Assembly (NCBI RefSeq): GCF_006345805.1
Contig: NC_043018.1
Span: 18,538,001-18,602,000, forward strand
Length of the DNA: 64,000 bases
Direction: 5' to 3'
Source of the DNA: Octopus sinensis
Taxonomy: Eukaryota
Shown: piece after piece, positions 24,062-36,310 of the stretch
Layout: the number at the start of each line of letters is the position of its first letter
How positions within the stretch are numbered: the stretch's first letter is position 1
Position numbers and translations under genes: made by a program
The notes under the pieces: model-generated
Told to the model about the DNA's origin: nothing
Databases searched by the model: none
What the model saw: only the letters and a program-made list of their open reading frames with translations

Positions 24062-24647
24062 TTTCAGTCACTGGACTGAGGCCATACTGGGGCACCACCT
24101 TACTCTTTTTACTCATTTATTTGTCTCGGTCATTGGACTGAGGTCATGCTGGGGCACCACCTTGAAGGTCTTTTAGTTGAACAAATCAACCCCAGAACCT
24201 ATTCATTTAGTTAATTATTTATTTTTGTTCAGCTTGATACTTATTCTATCTGTTTCGTTTTGATGAACTGCTAAGTTACGGGGATGTAAACACACTAACA
24301 CCGGTTTAAAGTGGTGGTGGCGGTGGTGGTGGTGCGGACAAACACAGACACGATGAGACGCAGATGTGTAACAGGCTTCTTTTCAGTTTCCGCCAACCAA
24401 ATCCACTCACAAGGCTTTGGTCGGCCCAAGGCTATAGTAGAAGACACTTGCCCATGGTGTCACACAGTGCGACTGAACCCAGGACCATGTGATTGGTAGG
24501 CAAGCTACTTACCACACAGCCACTCCTGCGCCTATTGCAGCAAGTCTTTAATTTTTCTAAGCCCTGTAAAAGAAGTCAGAAGGTGGGAACTCCAACCAGG
24601 CCTTTTGCAGTAGCCTTGAAACCAGAAACTCTTCGGAACTCCCTCAT

Positions 24648-24885
24648 ATATATTTCTTTATTACCCACAAGGGGCTAAACACAGAGGAGACAAACAAGGA
24701 CAGACAAAGGGATTAAGTCAATTACATCGACCCCAGTGCGTAACTGGTACTTAATTTATCGACCCCGAAAGGATGAAAGGCAAAGTCAACCTCGGCGGAA
24801 TTTGAACTCGGAACGTAACGACAGACGAAATGCGGGTAACGCATTTCACCCGGCGTGCTAATGTTTCTGCCAGCTCGCTGCCTTA
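24648..24885 (-). mobile_element. SINE family A with 11-bp TSD
   Basis: TSD AACTCCCTCAT at 24637-24647 and 24886-24896. Confidence 0.9.
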
Positions 24886-26243
24886 AACTCCCTCATTTAT
24901 GCCACGGAACCTCCCAAAACCAGACACCAATATCTAAGCTTTATCTAAGCTTAATAAGATTATCTATGAAGAAAAACCATTACCAATATAGTATGTGTGT
25001 GTGTGTGTGTGTATGGGGTGTGTGGGTATGTGTACGGTAGTAATCTCAATAGACGCCAATTTCCAGTATTTTCTATCCATTTTCAATAGTTTTGCACATT
25101 TTCTACAGCCTCTAACTTCTATAAACTACCACAGACCTCCAAAAGTATGAAGATAATATTCTTCCTGCCAAGTTTACCAAGCTAACCCCTGTTTTTCTTT
25201 GTAGCCTTCAAAGCTTTAGAATTCCTTTTCAAAACATGATAGCCACCGACTTCTAAATTACCAAAAAAGCTGCAAAGAAAGAAATGTCCATTTTGAATGC
25301 CTCTTTCTTTTGAAACAAAAGACAAAATATTATCAAATGTCTCCTCTTCTGTCTCCCTCCCTTTGCCTTACTCTGCAATTATTCTCCAAAAGGCCCATCC
25401 TATTCTTCTAATCTCTTCAATTCAAAGAATTTGATCTGCCTTTAAAAGTTTTGGTATTTATTTTACTTGAAGTAAAATAAAAAAATTTTTAAAAAAACAA
25501 CATAAAATAAAATAAAGAAAAAATAGAAAATACAAAACTAAGAAAAGGACTGTAACTCTTTTTCCTCTCAACAAAATTGATTCTCATCTCATTTGAATAG
25601 CGAGAATGGAGTTCAGAGTTAAAGAATTGGTAGTGATGGTGAAGATGATTACGATAAAGGTGCTGGGGTAGTGGTGTTGGCGGTAGTGGAGGTAGTGAGA
25701 GAAGGGGAGGAGGCATAATGTTGCAGATGGCATTTAACCCCGTCCTTCATTGAGCAGAAATATGATCAAGGTATTCCGGCCATGACCATCCCGTCTTTTT
25801 CACATGAATCAAGCACTACACTGTCCAATGTATTTGTCATTATTTATGACAGTGGGGTGCAACTTGAGATAGTTGGGGCTGTTATTTCTAGCAGATTGGA
25901 AGTCTACATAGAGGCTTCCTCATCAGATCAGACATTTTTCTGTTGTTGATGTTGATGATGGTAATGATGATGATGGTTTCAGTCTTGTTGCCCAGGGCCA
26001 CAGGCTGGGGGTGAGTCAGATCATCTCGATTTAATAACAGTTGATATAAATGTTGGTTGGTTGGTTGGTTGGGTGAATACTTTGGTCATGCTTTACATTG
26101 CAAAGAGAGAAGTGGAGGGAGAGAGGAAGAAAGAGAGAGCGTGAGAGAGAGAGAGAGAGAGAGAGAAGAGATATGAAGAGAGTTAACATAAGAGGTGCAG
26201 GTTGAGGCTTGGTGACAGACAAAGAGTAAAAGAATATTACACA

Positions 26244-26625
26244 TGGCTGTGTGGTAAGTAGCTTGCTTACCAACCACATGGTTCCGGGTTCAATCCCACT
26301 GCGTGGCACCTTGGGCAAGTGTTTTCTACTATAGCCTTGGGCCGACCAAAGCCTTGTGAGTGGATTTGGTAGACGGAAACTGAAAGAAGCCTGCATGTGT
26401 GCATGCATGTTTGTGTGTCTGTGTTTGTCCCCCTAGCATTGCTTGACAACCGATGCTGGTGGGTTTATGTCCCCGTCACTCAGTGGTTCGGCAAAAGAGA
26501 CCGATAGAATAAGTACTGGGCTTACAAAGAATAAGTCCCGGGGTTGAGTTGCTCGATTAAAGGCGGTGCTCCAGCATGGCCGCAGTCAAATGACTGAAAC
26601 AAGTAAAAGAGAAAGAGTAAAGAGA
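26244..26625 (+). mobile_element. SINE family B, near full length
   Basis: Colinear with other B copies from TGGCTGTGTGGTAAG to the GTAAAAGAG tail. Confidence 0.9.
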
Positions 26626-26781
26626 GCAAGAGAAAGTATCATGGAGACAGAGGGGGGAGAAGTGAGAAGAGGGGATGGGGAAGAAAGAGGGGATGGGAGA
26701 CGAGAAGGGGAGATGAGGGAAGGGGAGAGGGAGGGAAGGAACAATAACAATAATAATAATCATAATCATAATAATAATAAC

Positions 26782-26820
<39 letters not shown>

Positions 26821-28019
26821 AGTAGTAGTAGTAGTAGTAGTAGTTATTATTGTTATTATTAAAGCAGTGAGTTGGCAGAATGGTTAGCATGTTGGGTAAA
26901 ATGCTTAGTGGCATTTCATCTGTCTTTACATCCTGAGTTCAAATACTGCCAGGGTTGACTTTACCTTTCATCCTGCTCTGGGTCAAAAAAATAAGTACCA
27001 GTTATGCACTGGGGTCGATGAAATTGACTCACCCACCCCAAAAACTGCTGGCCTGGTGTCAAAATTTGAAACCTTGATTAATGAGAATTTTGCTTATCTT
27101 ATATATTTCTGCATTTAAAATGTTAAAAGCGAAGTAACAACTCAATAACTTAATTAGCTAACGAAATACAGATGGAGAATGAAATATGAACACATGTAAA
27201 ACTATATCAAAATTCCAAAGAATGGGACCCAACAGATCACAAAAGAGCAAATGGAGGGGAGTGGGGAAGCAACAGGAAATGAGTAATTAAGAAATAATTG
27301 GACGACTAATCATTTAATATGTAAATATTATATAAACATACATCAATACACACAGACACATACCCACAGATATATATATATAAAAGCAATTAAGATTCAA
27401 GTGAGTTCTGTTGAATTCACATGAATGCGGTACTTAACTTAGATGCACCAGAAATCTATATGGTGTTAACCATAAGATAATGCGGGGTGATTATAAATAA
27501 TCGTACGAAACAATTGTACCGAAATATTGATCCATTCTTGTTGCTTTGTTCTTATATATATATATATATATATATACATATGTGTGCGCGTTAGTAATAA
27601 TTATAAAGAGCATGGAGACTTGTTCATGTTCAAAATTTATTTTCTCTCATTTAACAACTATACAGCAAGGTATAATATTACCATTCAGCAAAGCAAACAT
27701 GGAATTACCCATCGGAGGAATTCACAGAGTGACTGACAGTTATGGACATTAAATACTGATCAATGTGGTTAGTCGGTTAGTCATAAACTGGAACTTAACC
27801 GAGAACCACCACAGTATCCACCCAGATAATATATCCCTCCAGACTCACATTTATATATATATATATATAATAATAATATATATATACATACATACAGAGT
27901 ACAGTGAATAAATTTTTGTCATAATTACACACAAATGCAAATAACACTGACTTATTACACACATGTGGGTGAGAACACTTTGAGATATTTTTGGTATCTA
28001 ACATATGTCAGATACTGTG

Positions 28020-28363
28020 AGCGCTGCTTCTGATTGGTCAATCCATGGTGATGACCCGAGGTCACGGTGACAGCGCTGCTTCTGATTGGTCAATTCATGG
28101 TGATGACCCAAGGTCACGGTGACGGCACTACTTTTGTCATTCATAAGTTACAACTAAACGTGAAGAATTTAGTTATTGGGTTAATAAAATATGGTCGTTT
28201 ATTCGTGTGTAATAAATAAAATACCAAACTCATTCCCTATGGATACCGTATTTATTACAACGAGTGGCTTGTAAACGTATCTAACTCGCTTTCACTCGTT
28301 AGATACGTTTACAAGCCACTCGTTGTAATAAATACGGTATCCATAGGGAACTCATTTGGTATT
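28020..28363. mobile_element. Palindromic non-autonomous element with a 2 x 52-bp tandem and perfect 53-bp arms
   Basis: Tandem 28020-28071 / 28072-28123; arms 28233-28285 and 28298-28350 are exact reverse complements around loop TCGCTTTCACTC. Confidence 0.8.
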
Positions 28364-28384
28364 CTCTCTATCTCATTTTAACAG

Positions 28385-29499
28385 ATATATTTACCAAAAT
28401 TACATAAAAGTATCTTGAAATACTAAAGAGTAAATTTATTCAATCAAATCACCATTGGCTTCAACCACGGCCTCCAGATGACTTTGGAATCTCCTGCAAA
28501 TCTTTTGGATCGTCACCTTGTTTAAATTGGTGGATGCTGCCATAATTCTTGCCCTCATCTTCAGTTCATCCAACAGCCACCCTCTTGCCCCAGAGCAGCA
28601 CTACCTCCTCCAGGCATTTGATGTAGGCCTCTGTGTCTGAGGCCATGTGAGAAGATGAAATGAAGCATAACATTGTCATCACTAGTGATCTCTTCAAGCA
28701 CCATGATGTTGACCGGATGTTTGATTTTTACCATTCTCAGGACATGTTTTGGGGAAATGGCAAGCCAACAGTTGTTCTACATGTTCACCATCTGATCCTG
28801 ACTGAAATTTTTCTCATCTGAGAAAAACCAAACCAGAGTTCAGTTGGAGGGGATGCTTGAGTTTGTTCAAAAGCTCCAGAGGGCAGTCTTTCCTCTTGTC
28901 CTTAGGATAAAAATTGGCCTCAAAAGCTCCAGAGGGCAGTCTTTCCTCTTGTCCTTAGGATAAAAATTGGCCTCAAAAGCTCCAGAGGGCAGTCTTTCCT
29001 CTTGTCCTTAGGATAAAAATTGGCCCTTTCTCAACCTGTATGAGGAATACCGAATGTCTTCATGTACTACCTGCCTAATAAGAAACTCAGACACTATCAT
29101 ATCACTCATAATGGATAAGATTGACTTGGAGGGATCATTGTCAATCATGGCCTGGATCTCACCAAGAAATTCACAAGTTCATTTCTTATCAGAACAATCA
29201 GAATGAGTTTTCTGAGCTGCTGTACCTTCGTAATCACCATTAGAGTCATCCAACTCTCTCCAAATCCTCTGCACTGCCCTCAGATTGACACCTAAACACT
29301 CTGAAATATTTGTGTTGGTGCCTCTGGCCTGAATGCCAAGAAGTACAGCATGTCGTTTCCAAATTTCTGACTGGTGCTGGGTTTTTCAGACGGTGCCCGA
29401 CTGACCCTACTATACTGTGTAGTCGACAAAATCAAAAACAATGCACATGCATGAAATTTAAAATATAGAATGGCAACAATTTGCTCATCACACCCTGTA
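28385..29499 (-). mobile_element. Decayed DD37D/maT-type Tc1/mariner transposon
   Basis: Minus strand TA-CAGGGTGTGATGAGCAAATTG end; WKRHAVLLGI..NISECLGVNLR..IQAMIDNDPSKS..WFFSDEKNF..KHPVNIMV..EAYIKCLEEVVL..; internal deletion and a 3 x 53-bp duplication. Confidence 0.9.
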
Positions 29500-29504
29500 T
29501 ATAT

Positions 29505-29800
29505 ACAAATATATATATAGTGAAAATGTGTGGCCTTGTAGTTAGGGTTTTGACCACAAGATCAGGTTTTCAATTCCTAGATTGGCAGTATGTTGTGTTC
29601 TTGAGCAAAACACTTCATCTCACATTATTCCTGTCCACTTAACTGCATATGGTTAACCCTGCAGCAAGAGGATGTTCACCCTCCATACCTGACCAGTTGG
29701 AGGGCAGTGTTTGAAGGTTCCAACTATGTGGTGAAATGCATTGTGACAAGCGGGGTTTAACCACCAAATCTTCCTCAATAAACATCATCTAACTTGTACA
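29505..29800 (+). mobile_element. Old tRNA/CORE SINE (OR-like)
   Basis: TGGCCTTGTAG A box, GGTTTTCAATTCC B box, TGTGTTCTTGAGCAAAACACTTCATCTCAC CORE-like segment, GCATTGTGAC tail shared with 32782 and 56028. Confidence 0.65.
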
Positions 29801-29958
29801 AGTATGGATTGGCGTCTATGTTGAGCATATAGGCTGTCCACTTTTAGTGGTCAGTCCTCTAAAATTTGTATGTAACACAATTTTTAATCTTTGGATTTTT
29901 TTAAATATGCTAAGCCACTGGTTTTAATTGATTAATATCAATTTCTACACTTATTTTA

Positions 29959-30000
<42 letters not shown>

Positions 30001-30205
30001 TAATCCAAACATGAAAACACAAAGAGAAAACACAACAACGCAAGGACGTGGAACAAGTATAGAGTTATTGGATGTTCAGGAAGCGAAAGAAAGAAGGAGG
30101 GTTTAATGTTTCGAGTGGAGCTCTTCATCAGAAACATAGGAAAAGGAAAGATCCAAGGAAGGGAAGACGGAGGAAAAAAATCGCCAACGATACACGCACG
30201 GTCAC
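30001..30205 (-). mobile_element. Family F Penelope-like / retrozyme-like fragment
   Basis: Reverse complement of 274-480 with few differences. Confidence 0.75.
30101..30135 (-). ncRNA. Minimal hammerhead motif (family F)
   Basis: GTTT-CTGATGA-A-GAG(CTCCA)CTC-GAAA-CA-TT-AAAC. Confidence 0.65.
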
Positions 30206-30709
30206 GGCTGCTGTTCAATGATGGAGAGCAATAAAAACATAAAAACATACATACATATATATATATATGCTTTTATGTTTTTATTGCCCTCTGTCATTGA
30301 ACTGCAGCCATACTGGAGCATATCTTGTATGGTTTATCAATACCAGTATTTTATTTTAAGCCAGGTATACTTATTTTATCCAGACCAGTTTCTGAAACTC
30401 CTAGGATTTGGGACATAAACATCAGCAGAAATACACACAAATACACACACAAATACACACACACACACACACAAATACACACACACACACGCACATGCAT
30501 ACAAACACACACATACACATACCATACACATATAAATATACCTATGGCAAACTTTGCTACTGTAACTGTCAACTGGATTTCACTCAAAAGACATTGGTTT
30601 CCCCCCAGAAGCTGTAACAGAAAACGCATGTTGAAGAAGAAGCCACGCAAGAAGACCAAACTGGGAAGAATGTGCTTGTGAAGTAAACGGCTTAATTACA
30701 CAACTATGC

Positions 30710-30749
<40 letters not shown>

Positions 30750-31009
30750 TTATACACTGATAAGCACGTACAAATGTTATATATGCATGTTTGTGCTTAA
30801 AACAGCAGAAATAGAGAAAAAAAATACAAAAAGGGATACGAGAGGTGATAAATGTAACCACATTCAAATATTTACTTTCAGCCAAGAATTTTCCATTTAT
30901 CTTTATTTTGCTTTCTTCTTTTAAGTTCGTTCGTTCTTTCATTCTTTTCTTTTTTTAATTTAATTCTCTTTTTTTTGTTTTTTTTTTTGGTTTTCGTTTT
31001 GTTTTGTGC

Positions 31010-31101
<92 letters not shown>

Positions 31102-31274
31102 TGTGTGTGTGTGTGTTTGTTTTGTTTACAGAATGTGAAGTTTTGGGAACTGTGGCTCAGGAGAAGTCTTCAGAACATTATTAATTGATAGGTAGCGAAG
31201 AAACTTTGTTGCAAAAAAAGCAACATTGGCATCGCCGCCGCCGCCAACGTTGCTTGCTTAGTTCCGACAATGGG

Positions 31275-31351
31275 ATGAGAGGCGGCAGCAGCGGAGGCGC
31301 AGCGGCAGCGGTGGCACATTTAATAAGACAACAAAAAGAAAGACGGAAATG
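31275..31351 (+). CDS. Probable first coding exon of an uncharacterised protein (MRGGSSGGAAAAVAHLIRQQKERRK+), phase-2 end
   Basis: Unique GC/CpG-rich island, strong donor ATG|GTGAGT at 31352, upstream acceptor TTTGTTTTGTTTACAG at 31130 (exon 31131-31351), in-frame stop upstream at 31182. Confidence 0.65.
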
Positions 31352-31564
31352 GTGAGTAAACCTGCTTCGGGTTGAAGGACGGTCTCAACAACAACAACAA
31401 CAACAACAACAACAGAAAAGACCAAAGAATGGTGGTTCTTTCTTTTGTTTACTCATCTGATTGCAACCATTCCATTCAATGGAATTAAAATCTACACATC
31501 CCAGAATTGTACCCTTCGCTACCATGGAAACTGTCAGCTGGGAGGAAGATATATATGGAGTGAT

Positions 31565-31571
31565 GAGGGTA

Positions 31572-31603
<32 letters not shown>

Positions 31604-31830
31604 GATGGTGGTGATGATGGTGGTGGTGGTGATGGTGGTGGTGGTGGTGGTGGTGGTGGTGATGATGGTGGTGGTGGTGGTGGTGGTGGTGGTGGTGATG
31701 GTGGTGGTGGTGTGGTGGTGGTGGTGATGGTGTGGTGGTGGTGATGGTGGTGGTGGTGATGATGGTGGTGGTGGTGATGATGGTGGTGGTGGTGATGATG
31801 GTGGTGGTGGTGGTGTGGTGGGAGGTGGCA
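31565..31830. repeat. (GGT/GAT)n microsatellite
   Basis: Direct reading. Confidence 0.95.
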
Positions 31831-31976
31831 GTTTTTGGAAAATATTTGCAAGAGAAAGCAGAGGATAAGGAATGAGGGTGTAAAACTGGGGGAGAAAGAG
31901 ACAGAGAGTGAGGGTGCATGAATGGATAGAGGTGACTATAGAGAGAGAGTGAAACAGAAAAGCAGAACTATATATG

Positions 31977-32020
<44 letters not shown>

Positions 32021-32170
32021 GGTTGTGTTGCTAGAAACTTGCTTCCCAACCACGTGGTTCTGGGTTTAGTTCCACTGCGTGGCTCCATGGGTAAGTGTCT
32101 TCTACTATAGCCTCAGGGAAACCAGAACCATGTGAGTGGATTTGGTAGACAGAAACTGAAAGAAGCCAGT

Positions 32171-32213
<43 letters not shown>

Positions 32214-32220
32214 TATATAT

Positions 32221-32252
<32 letters not shown>

Positions 32253-32283
32253 ACATTTTCTCTCCTTGTTTCTTTCTGTGTTC

Positions 32284-32319
32284 CTTTCTGTGGAAGAGCA
32301 TAGGCCCAAAACGTTAAAG
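32284..32319 (+). ncRNA. Degenerate hammerhead-like motif (family G)
   Basis: CTTT-CTGTGGA-A-GAGC(ATAG)GCCC-AAAA-CG-TT-AAAG; G12 lost; lies in a repeat (32255-32420) homologous to 39735-39900 and 46345-46560. Confidence 0.5.
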
Positions 32320-32633
32320 ACTTTTTCACTTCTCAAGTGTTATACTAATACATCTGTTTGTTGTTTACACCACCTGTCTTCGTCTTTTGTTTTTTTATGA
32401 ATTCTCCCTATATATATAATATATATATCATCATATGTGTGTGTGTATGTGCGTGTGTGTGTGTATGTATGTATGTATATAAGAATATCACGGTGATACA
32501 GTTACGCCTGGCTTTTTCAATTTTTCCTTATTTTTGTCTTTGGTACAGGTTTTAGGATTTTTATTCATTTCCCTACTTTCATCTTTGTGTTTGATAATTT
32601 AGACTGCTATATTTAACATGCCGGTAGTACTAT

Positions 32634-32679
<46 letters not shown>

Positions 32680-33043
32680 CACACACATATACATCGATAG
32701 ATTGATGGATATAGCTATAAATATAAGTGTTTTATATATATATATAATATATATATATATATATAGATAGATAGATAGATTGGCCTGCTCGCTTAGCCAG
32801 CGGGGTGGCGTCATTCGAAGGCCAAAACAATGCGAACGCATTGTGACCAGCGATGTGTAACTACATCTGATGGACTGGTCGGTCACGTGATATAGATAGA
32901 TAAATAGATAGATATAGCTATGAATATATGTGTTATATATATATATATTAATTATGTATATATATATATATAATATATATATATTATATAGATAGATAAA
33001 TAGATAGATATAGCTATGAATATGTGTTATATATATATATATA

Positions 33044-33074
<31 letters not shown>

Positions 33075-33169
33075 TACATCGATAGATTGATGGATATAGC
33101 TATAAATATAAGTGTTTTATATATATATATATATATATGAAATAAGCATATACATATAGAGAAATAAAC

Positions 33170-33212
<43 letters not shown>

Positions 33213-33805
33213 TGGACAGAGAGACAAGAATAGGCAGAGAGAAAGAGAGACGAGTGAAATGCATGTTTGTAGGAAATATGAGATTAGAAGAGGAGAATGC
33301 AAGTAACGTCACGAAAAATAATTGACAGGTGAGATGAAAGCCAAGGCGAATGAGATGAGAGTTGAGACAGGTGAGAGAATATACTTGATGGCTGTTGTTT
33401 AAATTTTTAACTGGAAAACATGGAATTGATTCATACTAGAACAGGTATTGACAGGTAAAATAACAGGTAAGATGACTGTCACTGGCGCTGAGAGGTGTTT
33501 TGATACAAAACATGAAAATTGAGGATGCTGGGGGTTGGGGGGTGGGTTGGGTTGGGTTATCAAAAGAAAAAAAAATTAAACACACAAAACAGACAAGGAA
33601 ACATGATTGATAGCGAGAGCAAATGTTAGGGCAAATATTCATAATACAAAACAAGAAATTGTAAACACAAATAACCCCACCTATTCCTGCCTTCACCCTC
33701 CCCAGTAACACTCAACATGGCTGGAGCCACATAGACTTATATTTCATTAATACTTTCACTTCTGATGATGAGTCTTTGCACTTGAAATACATAAAAATTA
33801 ATGAA

Positions 33806-34135
33806 GGTAACGTGGCTTAGTGGGTCGAGTATTCGGCTCACAATCACAAGGCTGTGAGTTCAATTTCCAGCGACGCATTATGTCCTTCAGCAAGACATTT
33901 TATTTCATGTTGATCCACAGAACTCACCTGGCAAAAATGAGTTGTATCTGAAATTCAAAACGACCAACCGTGTCATTCTGTATCATAGTGAATCTCCCTG
34001 AGAACTTATGTTAAGGGAGTCTAAGGAGTACTCAGTCACCTGCATGTTAATTTCATGAACCAACTGTTTCATTGATCAGGTCAACTGGTACACGTGGCAT
34101 CGTAACTGACTGAATGCTAATGAGTGACATGAAAA
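33806..34135 (+). mobile_element. Old tRNA/CORE SINE with a different 3' module
   Basis: TGGCTTAGTGG A box, GAGTTCAATTTCC B box, TGTCCTTCAGCAAGACATTTTATTTCATGTTG CORE-like segment, AATCTCCCTGAGAAC..GTTAATTTCATGA tail. Confidence 0.65.
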
Positions 34136-34456
34136 TTACGTAGTGTCCCCTTTTCACAATGTTATTAGCACAAGTATATCAACACTCCCCTATCTCTAAG
34201 CCTGGGCCAGGCTGAGTTCGCAACCTAGCCAATATTTGTATTATAGTGCATTGCTGTGTCATTCAAAACATTTTATTCTTCCCAAACAATACACAATGCT
34301 CCAAGCAAACTACAATACTCTCTTGTATCAATGAATTTTAATTACTTCCATCAACCCCAAACGATCCCTGCCAGCCTTTATTCCGTCTAGTAATTATAAA
34401 TGCCTCTATAAGCCTTAAACATATCTAGTAACCCTAAAAGTAGTTTTTATCCTTAA

Positions 34457-34665
34457 CCCTTTCATTACTGTATTTATTTTGAGATGCTCTGTGTTTCTTT
34501 CAATTATTTTAAATATAACAAAGAATTTAGTAAATTAACTTCGTTATCATTAAGCTAGTATTAGGAACATAAATTTTAACTAAAATTTGAATTCAAAACT
34601 TATGAAAACAAGACATTTATACTAAAGAGCCAGAGCCAGTTTCAGCCGGGTTGGTAACGAAAGGG
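34457..34665. mobile_element. piggyBac-type MITE
   Basis: TTAA|CCCTTTCATTAC ... GTAACGAAAGGG|TTAA; same family as 15693-15912. Confidence 0.9.
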
Positions 34666-35156
34666 TTAACCCTTACAAATGTATCTGTTAGCCCTAAATG
34701 AGTTTGTTCCTCTTGTTCTGGTCTAACAACCCTCCATGTTTGTTTATGTTCAGTTTCCTTGTATGTCTAAGGGGAGACATTAAACTTTGACCCTCTGTAA
34801 ATCCTAAATTCTATTTTAGAATTTATGGGAGCAACTGTCTTTGGAGACTCATATTGTCGTTGGATGCTTGAAACAAGGAGTAAATAGACAGCCAACAACT
34901 TATGAAGGGTCCTTTCTCTACGTTTACTTGTCCTGCTTTCCATTTTTTTCTCATTTCTTACATATTTAACTCATTTGTTTATGTATTTCATGTTATTTGC
35001 ACTGTTGGTGACGTCCTGTACCCATATATGCATGTGTATATATATATATATATATATATATTATCAATAATAATAACAAAGGATAAAATTAATTAATCAA
35101 TTAATAATTTTACCAAGTAGTTCAGTATGTCAAAAGAATCACTATCAGTAACCTTA

Positions 35157-35395
35157 TACAAAAATTCTATAATTATAAGTATAATTATAATTAGGGTTCA
35201 GCAAAAATTGCTTCACTACATACCAAAATTTAGAAATAGCAGTTAAATACTATTCCACTACCATAAGATGTCTCCCAGACAGCAATACTCTCAACTCATG
35301 CAGGTAGTGGAATAGTATTTAACTGCTATTTCTAAATTTTGGTATGTGATGAAGCAATTTTTGCTGAACCCTAATTATAATATAGAATTTTTGTA
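35157..35395. repeat. Foldback element with ~78-bp near-perfect arms
   Basis: TTAGGGTTCAGCAAAAATTGCTTCA..TATTCCACTACC (35185-35262) vs GGTAGTGGAATA..TTTTTGCTGAACCCTAA (35303-35379), 40-nt spacer. Confidence 0.85.
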
Positions 35396-35869
35396 TGTAT
35401 ATATACATATATATATATCACATATTATTTATTATTTATTAAAATTTAAATGTGGACATCATCAATTGATGTATCACTAAGTTTACTTGGAAACAGCCAT
35501 CATTAACCGATGCCCGAGTATTGACTTCATCAAATGCACTTAGGCATAAATGGCCCTTATTCATGGAAGAGATCAAATAGCAAATGGAAGACTTGGCCCT
35601 CTGGCATTCAAACAGGCCAAATCCAAACCAAATGTTCCACCTGCTTTATGTTGAAACTGGCCAGATCTGGCCTCTTACACTTATCCTATAATGTCATTCT
35701 AGAAACAAGCAGTCACATTATCAACATCTCAGAGCTATGCGATAATGCTTGATTAATTGAAAACAATGTGAATGAATAGGCATTAGATTTTGACAGAGAA
35801 AGCAGAATGGTAAAGAGTGAGACGGAGATGGAGAAGGTTATCCTGACCTTCCTTCACCATCAGACGAGG

Positions 35870-35871
35870 TA

Positions 35872-35902
<31 letters not shown>

Positions 35903-35926
35903 GTGATGATGACGATGACGACGATA

Positions 35927-35968
<42 letters not shown>

Positions 35969-36194
35969 GTGATGATGGTGATGATGGTGATGATGGTGAT
36001 GATGACGATGATTGTGCATGATGGGGATAATGATGGTGATGATAATGATAATGATGATGATGATGATGATGATGGTGATGATGACGATGATGATGATTAT
36101 GACGACGATGATGATGATGATAATGATGACAACAATGATGAGGATGATGATGATGATAATGATGATAGTGATGATGATGATGGTAATAATAACA

Positions 36195-36238
<44 letters not shown>

Positions 36239-36310
36239 AATGATGATGACAAAGGTGATGATGACGACGATGATGATCATAATGATGATGATGATGATGA
36301 CAACGACAAT
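35870..36310. repeat. (GAT)n imperfect microsatellite
   Basis: Direct reading. Confidence 0.95.

Noticed and set aside
25100-25450. Possible Tx1/L1 3' remnant or upstream exon (..IGWAFWRIIAD) of the minus-strand chain
   Set aside because: Similarity too weak, with a poor acceptor and nearby in-frame stops
33757-33797. CTGATGA-TGAGT..ACTT-GAAA hammerhead-like string
   Set aside because: Stem I only 2 bp, stem III unstable, no second copy; consistent with chance
34870-35020. PLE terminal-repeat-like segment with CTTATGAAGGG..ACGTTTAC
   Set aside because: Core too degenerate (no CTGA, no GAAA) to call a ribozyme
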